From NCBI GenBank assembly GCA_963836075.1, contig CAWIIB010000009.1, positions 160,001 through 224,000 of the forward strand: a DNA stretch of 64,000 nucleotides, written 5' to 3'. Below the pieces are notes generated by a model. That model was not told the DNA's origin and ran no database searches. It saw nothing but the letters and a program-made list of their open reading frames with translations. Origin of the DNA: an uncultured Acidobacteriota bacterium (GTDB taxonomy: Bacteria; Acidobacteriota; JAQAZP01). The position numbers were made by a program, and so were the translations under genes. This document shows, one piece after another, positions 22,275 through 32,878 of this stretch. Position 1 is the stretch's first letter, and every line of letters starts with the position of its first letter.

Positions 22275-25200
22275 ATGAAATCGAGAATCGCATTGTTGCT
22301 CTTCTTGACCGCAACCCTTTGTGCGGGTGCCGCCTGGGCCGATGCACCGGTTGGCGTATCGCCGTATGACGGAGACGATATTACACCTCGGTGAGCGCAA
22401 AAGCTCGGGCCTGGCGGAGCCACACTCGAGCCTCGGTCCCGGCCTGCAGGCAGCCGCCGATTATGTCGTGGCGAGTCAGTGCGCCGTCGGTGGCTGGTGC
22501 TGGCCCAACGGTATGGCCTGTTGTCCCAATCCACCGGTGAACACGGCTCCGCCCATCGCCCTGGGCCTGCTCAATGCGTATGCTCATACCAGCGACCCGG
22601 ACCACCTGGCTGCTGCTGAACTGGCTGCCGACTGGGTCATGGCCTATCAGTACACCAATGGTGAAGCCCGGTTCGGTTCCTTCACGGCCATGCACCTCTA
22701 CAGACTGTCCGGGGTCACCGGTGATTCAACATACAGCGATTGGGCTGCCACCGAGTTTTATGACGAGTTGACCGCTGCCACTTACGGCCCGGACGATCTC
22801 GACACCTACGGCTGGATCGCTGCTGTCCAAGCCTACGTGCCGGGATCTGGATCAACCTGCTCCCCTGGGAATTCATGCACCACCCCTACGTGGCCAGCTT
22901 CATCGGAAACTCCAGCAGCGCTCCGAGCTGATACTGTTTCCCAGCAGGACGCATTCGTCGGTGCCATTCTCGCCGGGCTCAACACTTTGGACAGCACCAC
23001 CAGCACCTACGTGGACTATCTCGGCGTGGCCGGCGGTGTGTACGGTCTGGCACTTAACGGAACCACAACATTCCCGGCGATCGTCTCCCCGAACTCGGCC
23101 CTGGTCAACGGAATCGACAGCCTCTGCGACCTGGCCGACGTTCTGGCCATGCCGAACAAAACGCCAACGGTTCCTGGTACTGGCACTCCAACATTCCCGG
23201 GGCTCGGGGTCCCACCGACGAAGACACCCAGATGACCGCCTATGCTGTGATGGCCCTTGTGGCGGCTGAAAACGCCGGTTGCGGCCCCTACACTGACGAA
23301 GTTCTCAAGGCCCGTGACTGGCTCCGCTCGATGCAGAATGCCGATGGAAGCTTCCAGACATACCCCGGCGGCGGCGCAAACACCGAGGTGGACGGCGAGG
23401 CGGCCGATGCCCTGATCCCCGACCCCCCCTGCACCGACAACAAGCTGATCTTCGAAGTGCCTGCGGATTCCCTTTGCGTCACCCCGGGCGAAAAGGTCAC
23501 CGTGGAGCTCTGGCAGCGCAACCTGACCCAGGCGGTGCAAGGCTTCCAGGCCTGGGCGCAGTTCGACAGCACCCAGATGACCTTTGTCAGCGGCACCTAC
23601 ACCGCCACCCCCTACGGTCTGCCGGTGATCACTCCCATCACCGCAGTGGGTGACGACATCGACATGGCCGCCGGGATCTTTTTTGGCGGCCGGCCACCAC
23701 GGCCGATGCCCTGCTGGTCACCCTGACCTTCACCGCCGGCACGACGGACGGCCCCACGGTGGTCAGCTTCCGTGACCGCCAGCCGCCGAGCCGCTTCACC
23801 GATGAGACCGGTGGCGAGTTGCTCCCCTGTCTCGTCCCCTCGCCCACCATCCAGATGGACGGCACGGCCCGGTGATCGCCTGCCCGGCCGACGTAACCAT
23901 CGAGTGCGATGATTCCACTGACCCGTTGGACACCGGTGGCTACGCCACAGCAACGGACAACAGCGACCGCCCCGGTGATGACCTACGACGACGACACCAC
24001 TGGCCTTTCCGGCTGCAACGGCACCGGCACGCTCACTCCGCACCTGGACCGCCACAGACTGCGCCGGCAATACGGACACCTGTGTCCAGACGATCACCGT
24101 GGAGGACACCACCCCGCCGGTTATCACACCAATGCCTGATATCACCGTTTACGCTGATCCCGGCGGCTGTGACGCAGTGGTCACCTGGGCCGACCCGGTG
24201 GTCACCGACAACTGCGGCGCGATGCCCTCCTCCTTCTTCGACGGGTTTGAAGACAATCCCTACGTGACCGGTGACCCCAACTGGAACGACTACAACAGCA
24301 CCGTGACCCGGGTGACCTCCGGCACCGGCGGAATCACCTCGAAGAGCGGGGCGGCCCACGGCCTGCTCGACTCGACCTGCGCCGCCCACCATACCGGCGC
24401 CTTCACCAGGCTTGGTGGCTACAGCAGTGAATTCGGCGGACGGATACATCGTCTTCGCTGGACGTCTACATCGATCTCAGCGATCCGGCGGTGACCGCCG
24501 ACACCTACGGTTGGGACCTCACCAGCTGCCGCCAGGACCAATCCGGCGCACACCGGCGGGACTTCATCTTCCACACCGCCTCCGACGCCTCGGGGAACAT
24601 CCTCGTCGGCGGAAGCAACAACACCAGCTTCACCCGGCGGAACGATCTCGCCACTATCAACCACCATGTCATCTACCACCAGCGGCTGGTATACCTTCGA
24701 GTGGGACTTCCACGACGAGGGCGACGACACACTGGCAGTGGACCTGAATCTCTACGACGGCACGGGCACCTGGCTCTGGACGGAAACCCGGAACGCTGCG
24801 ACTGACCTCATCTCCACCGTAGTGGGCGGCAACCGCTACATGTGGTTCACCTTCCTCGAAGTGGACACCCTGGCCATCGACAACACCACGATGAACAGAC
24901 CAATGGTGCATTCACCGTCGTACGTCGATCCCGCCAAGCGGCTCGATACCTTCCCCACTGGCACCACCACGGTGACCATCACCGCCACTGACGACTGCGG
25001 CAATGTGGCCGAGAGTTTCTTTGATGTGACGGTCGAGGCTGAAACCGAGATGGTGGTCGACCTGTCCCTCCTCGGCGCGGTCAACGATCCCACCACCCGC
25101 TGCATCACCTTCGAACTGTGGGACTGCGGCGTGGGCGGACCGCCCACCATCGTCGAGGAAGAGATCGACTTCATCACCGCGGCTCGGCCACCGGGGTCAC

Positions 25201-25716
25201 CGTGCTGGTGCCCTGCGGCGACTACACCTGTGTCACCGCCCGGGACAAGCTGCACACCCTGCGCCGGACGCTCGACGGCGTTGACCGTCGTCGGCACGCA
25301 GTACGTGGCCAGCTTCATCAACCCGCTGATCGGCGGCAACCTCAACGACGACGAGTGGATCGACATCCTCGACTTCGGCGTCTTCAACTGGCAGTGGCGG
25401 CGTCGGTGGCGAGGAGACACCAACTGCTTCACCGCCTACCCGCACGCCGACATCGACGGCGACGGGACAGTGGACAGCGATGACTTCACGTTCATCCAGA
25501 TCAACTTCCTCGACACCCACGATCCCAACTGCTGCGGCGCCCCGGCTCCGCTGGGGGCTCCGGACCGGTGCCTCCATCTCGGTCCAGGACCTGATCGCCC
25601 GCGGTATGGGTGAACTGGCCGCCGGCGACCTGAACAACGACGGCTGGCTCGACCAGGCCGATGTCGTCGCCTTCATCAGGGCGCACGGCCGGACCAGATC
25701 GGTGTCGGCGGAGTGA
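22275..25716 (+). CDS. Large secreted multidomain protein (QW-type alpha-barrel, cohesin-like, HYR-like repeats, dockerin-like tail), multiply frameshifted
   Basis: Signal peptide [22 protein letters not shown] at 22275; successive ORF pieces join into QNADGSF repeats, VTVEL..GFQ..FDST..F, TPPVI/ATDNC repeats, and a tail paralogous to that of the 28542 ORF. Confidence 0.65.
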
Positions 25717-25837
25717 AGAAGCCGATCTGATGCAAAACAAGAGATAAGGAGGACCACGGACGGGCGGCCGGCGACATGCCGGCCGCCCGTCATCACTTCG
25801 ACATAAATTCCATCTTCCGTTTGTGAAGGGAAATGAT

Positions 25838-26770
25838 ATGAGAATGAAACGAATATGGAGGACCACTCCGGCCCTTGTGATGGCCGGACTGCTCCTGCTC
25901 GCCTCCACCCCGGCCCAGGCCTTGATCGACCTGGAGTGGCGACCTGCCTGCCAGTCGGTGGAGCCGGGCCAGATGGTGGAGATCGGACTCTACGTGGTCT
26001 CGGATGACGAAACAGACCAGTCGATCTCGGCCATGGACATCATCCTGCTCTGGGATCCCGATGTCATCGAACTGGTGGGGGTGGTGGACAACGGCCCCTA
26101 CGCCTGGCTCTTCTCCGGCTTCACCGATGACTCGGTCTTTGACGGGCTGAACGAAACCTTTCTCGACGGCAACGCCCTGTACACGGCCTGGGCCCAGTTC
26201 GGCGTCCCGGCCTACGCCACGCCCGAGGGGCTGCTGGTCACCACCGTCCAGTTCGTCGGGTCCATGGACCCCGGGTTCTGCTGGATCACCGAGCCGCGCC
26301 AGGCCGGGATGTATAGCGAAACAAGGATCATCGACGGCGAAGTTCCCGCCCTCCACGTGGAAGGGGTTTTGGGAAAGGCCACGGCCGGCGTGGGCGTCTT
26401 CGACCTGATCTACGGCTACATGAACTGTACGCCCGACTCCGGCACCCTGCCCTTTGTCACCAATTTCATGGTGGTCCTCGGGTCGAACTACGAGAACCAG
26501 ACCCGCCGGGTGAGCGGCCGCATCGACGTCACCTTGGCCAGCGGCAATTATTATCGCTCGTGGCGCGCGGGGTACACCAACCTCTCGCCCAAGGAGTGCT
26601 ACGCCGAGACCTGGAACCAGAATTTGCCGGCCCTCGCCACCGTGGTAGGCGACAATTTATTCGTCCTTCACTCCCAGGACGTGACGCCGTGGCCCTACAA
26701 CCAACCGCCCTGGGCACCATCGGGGATGACCGATACCGACACGTGCGTGATCACCGGAGTGGCCCCCTGA
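25838..26770 (+). CDS. Secreted cohesin-like protein with the conserved PYNQPP C-terminal domain
   Basis: Signal peptide ending AQA; VEPGQMVEIGLYV..ISAMDIILLWDPDVIELVG cohesin-like pattern; shared tail. Confidence 0.7.
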   Translation: MRMKRIWRTTPALVMAGLLLLASTPAQALIDLEWRPACQSVEPGQMVEIGLYVVSDDETDQSISAMDIILLWDPDVIELVGVVDNGPYAWLFSGFTDDSVFDGLNETFLDGNALYTAWAQFGVPAYATPEGLLVTTVQFVGSMDPGFCWITEPRQAGMYSETRIIDGEVPALHVEGVLGKATAGVGVFDLIYGYMNCTPDSGTLPFVTNFMVVLGSNYENQTRRVSGRIDVTLASGNYYRSWRAGYTNLSPKECYAETWNQNLPALATVVGDNLFVLHSQDVTPWPYNQPPWAPSGMTDTDTCVITGVAP

Positions 26771-26831
26771 GCGCCGGGCAACAGCCCGGCCGCCCGGAGG
26801 CCCGAATAAGGAGGATCAAGGAGGGAAGGGC

Positions 26832-29800
26832 ATGAAACGATTGATGCTCATCGCCGCCGTGCTCGTGCTGGTTTTGAGCCCGATCGACGCAGCGGCAGAC
26901 TTCACAACCTGTTATCCGTTGGCGGCCAGCTACAACACCGGGTCGACGGATGGAAGCAGTAAAACCCGAACCAGTGAGATCGCCGGCTACGATTCCGAGG
27001 ACGGCTGGGCGATGTTCGACACCTCGGCCATCCCGGACACGGACAGCATCGTGTATGTCGAGTTCCACTTTTACGTCAACAGCACCGACTGGCCCTGGTG
27101 GAGTCGTCACACCGCTGACCAGCGACCCGCTCACCGCCTCGGCCGCGGCGACTCTATGCCGACATCAATGCCGAAGCCCTGTCAGCGGCTACTACCACCG
27201 CCAGGAAGAGGACATTACGTTTACCACCGGGTGGAAGACACTGGTACTGGGCGGCACGGCCAACCGACTGACATGGCCGCAGACCTTGGTGACGACTGGT
27301 TCGCTCTGGGCGTGGCCAGCACGGACGACAACACTACCTTCTACATCATCGTCGACGGCTGGGCCGAAACGAACCCGCCCTACCTGGTGGTGGAGCACAT
27401 AGCCGATTCCTGCAGCAACCACCTGATTGACCTGGGGTCCATGGGCTGCGGCGACGTGCTCTCCCACACCGGTGACACCACCGGAGCCACGAACTTCTGT
27501 GGCCAACCTTCAGGCGACAATTTCCTTGAGTTCGAAGTGCTGGAGGACGGACTCTACACCCTTGACATGTGTTTCTACGAAGGGACGCTCTTCGACACCG
27601 TGCTGTGGCTCTATGACGACGAGTGCTGCGGGAACGTGATCGCGGTCAATGATGATTCCGACTACGGCTGCGGCTTGAAGTCCCGGATCGACATCGTCCT
27701 CTCGCCGGGCACCTACTACGCCCAGGTGGAGGGCTATGATGTCGACGAGGGCCTCTACCGGCTGGACATCACCTGCGACCAGCCGGTGGATCTCGGTCCG
27801 GTGCCCTGCTTCGAGGAGATCGTCTACAACCAGGACACCAGCGGGGCCATCAACTACTGCGGTCATCCATCGGGTGACGCGCACTTCAAGTTCACCGTCG
27901 ATTACACCGCCAACTACACGGTCAGCCTCTGCAATCACCTACACGTCCTACAACTCGTTCCTCCGGCTCTTTGACGATTACAGCTGCGGAAACCAGATCG
28001 CGGCCAACAACGACTACCCCGGCTGCGGCCTCAACCCCTTTATCGACGTGACCCTTGACCCCGGGCGACTACTACGCTCTGGTGGAAGGCTACCAGGATA
28101 GTGAAGGGCCGTTCGAGCTGCACATCAGCTGCAACGAGCCGGACGGCGACACCCAGCTGGAGCTGGTGCCGGACATGGAGTGCTACCAGGAGGACGACAC
28201 GGTCTACCTGGCCATCACCCTCTCCAACGGCAACGCCATGATCGTCGGCGGGCAGTTCTTCCTCGGCTACGACAATACGGCCCTCGACTTTACTGGTGTC
28301 ACCGTGGGCGACGCTCCCTTCACCAACGAGGTCTACAACGTGGTGGACGAGGGGGCCGGGACCATCGACTACGCGGTGGGTGTCCCCGAGGGCACCAGCG
28401 GTACCATCAACGACACGGTGATGGCCTACCTGACCTTCACCGCGCTGCGCGACATCTGCGCCGACGCCCGGCCTGGTCTACTTCCGCACCCACTCACCTC
28501 CCACCCGGCTCAGCGACAACTACGGCAACGCGGAATACACCGTGCTGCTGGACATGGACATCGACGACACCACACCGCCGGTGATCAGCTGCCCGGCGCC
28601 GCTGACCCTGGAGTGCGACCAGCCCACCGATCCCCCGGGCACCGGGATGGCCACCGCCACCGACAACTGCGACCCCGCCCCGGTGGTCTCCTGGAGCGAC
28701 AGTTTCGACCTCAGCGGCTGCGGCGGCACAACCGGCACCATCACCCGCACCTGGCAGGCCATGGACCACTGCGGCAACATCTCCACCTGCGACCAGGTCA
28801 TCACCCTGGTGGACACCACCGCCCCGGTGGTCACCGCCGGCGCCATCGACAGCTGTTACGGCTCGCAGATGGCGGCCGAGTCGGCAGCAGTGGCCGCCAC
28901 CACCGCGGCGGACAACTGCACCCCGTCCGGCAGCCTGCTCTACACGCCGGTCACTGCGGGTGACTGCGCAGCGACGATCACCGTCAGCGTGAGCGACCTG
29001 TGCGGCAACTCCGACTCCGTCACCTACAACACCCGCATCGACGGCCTGGCGCCGCTGGTCACCGTCGGGGGCGATATGGACGTCAACGCCGATGCCGGCA
29101 CTTGCGCTGCCGCGGTCACCTGGGCCGCCGCTTCGGCCACCGACAACTGCGACGGCAATCTCTCCGGCGTGGTCGTCTACCACATCGACCTGGGCAACGA
29201 CGGTTCAGTGGACGATGTCCAGGCCGGCCTCACTTACACCTTCCCGGTGGGCACCCACAAGGTCACCGCCACGGCCACCGACAGCTGCCTCAACACCGGC
29301 CAGGACGACTTCCTGGTCACGGTGAACGGCTACAACTCCATGGTCCTCACCCTCTCCCACGACGGTACTCTGGTCAGTCCGCTGACCCGCTGTATCACCT
29401 TCGAGCTGTGGGACTGTGCCGGACCCACCAGCGTGACCTACAAGACCGAGGTCACCTTTACCGGCGGCATCGCATCCGCCACCATCGACGTGCCCTGCGG
29501 TGACTACAGCTGTATCACCGCCCGGGACGAGCTGCACACCCTGCGGCGGACACTGGACGGGCTCTCCGTGGTGGGCACCGAGTATGTGGCGACATTCACC
29601 CTGCCGCTGCTGGGCGGCAACCTCAATGGAGATACCTATGTCGACATCCTCGATTTCGGTGTCTTCAGCTATCAATTCGGGCCGGGAGGCGGCCCCACCA
29701 CCTGCGCCGACACCGGTCCCCATGCCGACATCACCGGTAACGGGGTCGTCGGTTCCGACGACTTCTCCTTCATCCAGATCAACTTCCTCAAGGGCGACGA

Positions 29801-30020
29801 TGCCGACTGCTGCAGCAGCCCGAGCCCCATGGGCCCGGCCGACCGGCCGGTCCTCTCGATCTCGGTCGAAGAGCTGCGACGGCGCGGTCTGGGACACCTG
29901 GCCATCGGCGACCTCAACGGTGACGCCGTGCTCGACCAGGCGGACATGGCCGCCTTCATGAGCGGGGCCCGCCCCAGCCTGAAGCCACAGACAAAGGAGG
30001 GCGCATCACTGCAGGAATGA
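26832..30020 (+). CDS. Large secreted multidomain protein (PPC-like x2, cohesin-like, HYR-like, dockerin-like tail), frameshifted
   Basis: Signal peptide; FDTVLWLYD..C....IAVNDD..CGL.S PPC-like repeats; GGQFFLGYD cohesin-like domain; DNCD repeats; GNLNGD.YVDILDF and GDLNGDAVLDQADM Ca-loop motifs. Confidence 0.7.
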
Positions 30021-30045
30021 GACCCACCTCCGAATAACTGTATTG

Positions 30046-30083
30046 GCCTCGCCCCGCGTCCTGCGGGGCGGGGCATTTTTTTT
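30046..30083 (+). terminator. Rho-independent terminator
   Basis: GCCTCGCCCCGC-GTCCT-GCGGGGCGGGGC hairpin followed by A and a T8 run. Confidence 0.85.
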
Positions 30084-30122
30084 GGAAAGTGAGCGGCGAT
30101 AGAGGGTTGGCGGAGCAGGCGC

Positions 30123-31274
30123 TCAGGCGTGCCGGCGGCGAAGCTCCGCGGCGGCGGCGGAAATGCTGCGCAGCTTTTCGGTCGCCGTCTCCTCGTCGTT
30201 GACACAGCGGTTGGCAAAGCAGCCGAAGCCGCAGTCGGGATTGAGGAAGATCTGCTGCGGCGTAAAGAAGCGCAGGGCCTGCTCGACCCGGGCCACGATC
30301 TCGTCCACGCTCTCCGGTTCGGCGGTGCGCGGGTTGACCACGCCGAGGCCGATCTCCTTGTGCGAGAGGGCCCGGCCCACCACGCCGATGTCGCCGGCCC
30401 GCGGGGTGGCGTATTCGAGGACAAACTGGTCCACGTTCATCCGCTCGAAAGCGGGGAGCAGCCTGGTGTAGTCGCCGGTGAGCAGCACGTCCTCCCGGCG
30501 GCTCCAGTTGCCGCGGCAGACGTGCAGGCCGGTGCGCAGGCCGTCAACCCCGTCAACGACACGGTTGATCAACTCGGCGGCGTATTCGAGCTCAGCACCC
30601 GCATCACGGCGGGTGGCCAGAGTCGCTCACATGAAGGTGCGGCGTCCGCACTCCTCCGACATGACGATCTCGGTGAGCACCGGTTCGTCGAACTGGACAA
30701 AGGCTGCTCCCTGGTCGCGAAGTTCCAGCAGCTCCTCGCGGAGGATGCGCACCACGTCATCACCCATTTCGGTCTTGCTGGCATACCCCTCGCCGGAGAA
30801 GGCGCCGACCCACATCGAGCGGGTGAGCAGGTACGGACCGGGCAGGGTAACCTTTACCGGAAGATCGGTCAGCCGGCGGACGAACCGCAGCTCATCCACG
30901 GCCAGCGGCTCCCGCCGGGAGAGGCGTCCCACGCAGGTCGGATTGCTGATGGCCGAGGCCGGCACGTCGAGGGTATCCAGGATCTCCTCGAAACCGGACT
31001 TGTCCTCCACCGTGTCCAGCATCTCGGCCAGGGACATCAGCTTTGTCCCGGCGACCTTGTCGGCGATGAAGGAATAGAAGTTGTCCCGCCGGTGCTCTCC
31101 GTCCACCACCAGCTCCACGCCTGCCTCTTCCTGGAGGCGGATGGTGCGGGTGATTTCAGTGTCGGCGATGCGCTCGAACTCGTCGCGCCCGATCCGACCG
31201 TGCCGCCGGTCGCGCAGGGCGCGGAGCAGGGCTTTCGACCGGGGCCAGCTGCCCACCTGGGTTACCGTGAACAT
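30123..31274 (-). CDS. Cobalamin-independent methionine synthase II (MetE C-terminal)-like protein read through an in-frame TGA (candidate selenocysteine)
   Basis: ORFs 30627-31274 and 30123-30572 share a frame (383 aa joined); VGSWPR, DGEHRR, QFDEP, HVCRGN, LEY, NPDCGF. Confidence 0.85.
30596..30629 (-). promoter_or_regulatory. Candidate bacterial SECIS element
   Basis: TGA, 11 nt, then CACCCGC-CGTGAT-GCGGGTG (perfect 7-bp stem, G at loop position 2). Confidence 0.65.
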
Positions 31275-31307
31275 GTTGTTCTTGGTCCATACTGCTTTGT
31301 GTCCTGT

Positions 31308-32064
31308 CTAAACAATCGCCAGTTTCAGCTGCAGCTCCACGCGCTTTCGCCAGGGTGGAAGCCAGCGGCGAACGGGTCACCGTCCGCTCCCAGGCCCGGC
31401 GCACTTCAGCCTCGTCGTCGAGGGTGGAGGCAAAGCACTTCAGCTCGATCGAGCTGAACGACGGGTCGCCATCGTCGAGGCCGAGGTGAGCCAGCACGTT
31501 GTTCAGCTTCCCGCGGACCGAAATCTCCACGTCATCCACGTTCAGTGACTCCCTGGCGCATTCATTGGCAAAACCGGTGCAGAGGTCACCGGCCAGCGCG
31601 CCAAGGAGGTATTCCACTGCCGAGGGATGCTCGTCCCGCTCTTCGAAACTGGCCGGCTGGCCCACTTGATACGAGAAGTTCCGGCAGTAGACCGTGCTCT
31701 TCAGCCGCCCGGTGGCCCGGACCCGGGCCCGCCACTCATACTCCCGGGCGCGGGCCTTGTCCCCGGCCAGGGCCTGCTCCTCCTCCTTCACCTTCTCCGC
31801 CCCGCGGCGGATAAAGAAGCGGTCGCACCCCTCTCCGGCCAGCTGACCCAGGTAGTCGTGGCCCACCATACGGCACCAGGGGGGCAGCTCGTCACGCACC
31901 GTCACTTCGCGGCTGCGCATCTCAAGCACGCCGCCCACCGGCACCTGGAGCATGTTTTCACGGATCAGCAGGATCAGCCCGGAGCCGCAGTCGAGGTCGC
32001 CACCGTCGAAGATGCGGTCCGGCTGCAGGGCAGCAAGATCAAGGGCAGTAGACATCCGGATCAC
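31308..32064 (-). CDS. TusA-like sulfur carrier fused to an OsmC-like domain; 1-nt frameshift near 31342
   Basis: DGGDLDCGSGL...ELPPWCRMVGH; PSAVEYLLGALAGDL; removing one base gives the end AKAVELQLKLAIV-TAG at 31308. Confidence 0.78.
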
Positions 32065-32074
32065 TCCTCCGGGG

Positions 32075-32440
32075 TCAAAATCCTACGCAGGGTGAGCCGT
32101 TGGACAGCCACTCCACCAGGGCCGCGCCGCCGGCCGGCTGAGCGCCGTCCACCAGCTGGTCCTCGGTAATCCCGCGCAACTTCAGGCAGGGCGAACAGAC
32201 CAGGATCCTTCCGCCGGCGGCGACGAACTTCTCCACCAGGTCCTTCAGCGGGGCAAAAGGCTCGCCCACGTTTACCTGCTCCATCTCGCCCTTCACCGCA
32301 GCCCAGACACCGTCGGTGCTGAGGAAGACGATGGTTTCCTTATCGCTGCCCACGGCGGCGTTGGCCACCACGAAACCCACCGTGGCCTTGTCCGGGTCCT
32401 GCTTGCAGTGGGTGATGGATACGCAAAATGTGTTTGACAC
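32075..32440 (-). CDS. DsrE/DsrF-like family protein
   Basis: KATVGFVVANAA, VFLSTDGV, VCSPCLK.RGI, AGGAALVEW. Confidence 0.85.
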   Translation of the reverse strand: MSNTFCVSITHCKQDPDKATVGFVVANAAVGSDKETIVFLSTDGVWAAVKGEMEQVNVGEPFAPLKDLVEKFVAAGGRILVCSPCLKLRGITEDQLVDGAQPAGGAALVEWLSNGSPCVGF

Positions 32441-32456
32441 GAGTGCACCTCCGACA

Positions 32457-32705
32457 TCATTGACGATCGGGCTTTCGCTCGATCAGGTAGTAAGGATGCG
32501 CCGACTCCACCAGGCGGTTGCCGGTGAGACGGCACCAGGCAGGTATTTCGACTTTCGAGCCCACATCGCGGGTGGCCAGCAGGATCTTCGACCCCGAATC
32601 ACATTTGCGGATGAAGAGGTTCAGGTCGAGGAGCAGTTGTCCGCACCCCAGTTCAAGGGCGTCGAACACATCCTCAAAATGCCAGTGGCCAGGAACGGTG
32701 GACAT
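32457..32705 (-). CDS. TusA family sulfurtransferase
   Basis: FDALELGCG.LL, D.GSK.EIPAWCRLTGN.L. Confidence 0.85.
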   Translation of the reverse strand: MSTVPGHWHFEDVFDALELGCGQLLLDLNLFIRKCDSGSKILLATRDVGSKVEIPAWCRLTGNRLVESAHPYYLIERKPDRQ

Positions 32706-32806
32706 CTGTAACCGTATCTATCTCTGTTGTAGGCTATCCGAAGTTTCGGATTATACTGCCATCCGACCCGTACCGCTACGTGCGGGACGGGACTTTTTTC
32801 GATTCC

Positions 32807-32835
32807 TTGACGCCGCCCGGGGCTACGCCTATTCT
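32807..32835 (+). promoter_or_regulatory. Putative sigma70 promoter
   Basis: TTGACG-17 bp-TATTCT upstream of GTG 32879. Confidence 0.45.
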
Positions 32836-32878
32836 GGGATACGGCACGAGCAAACAATTCCGTCCAGGGGGATGGCCG

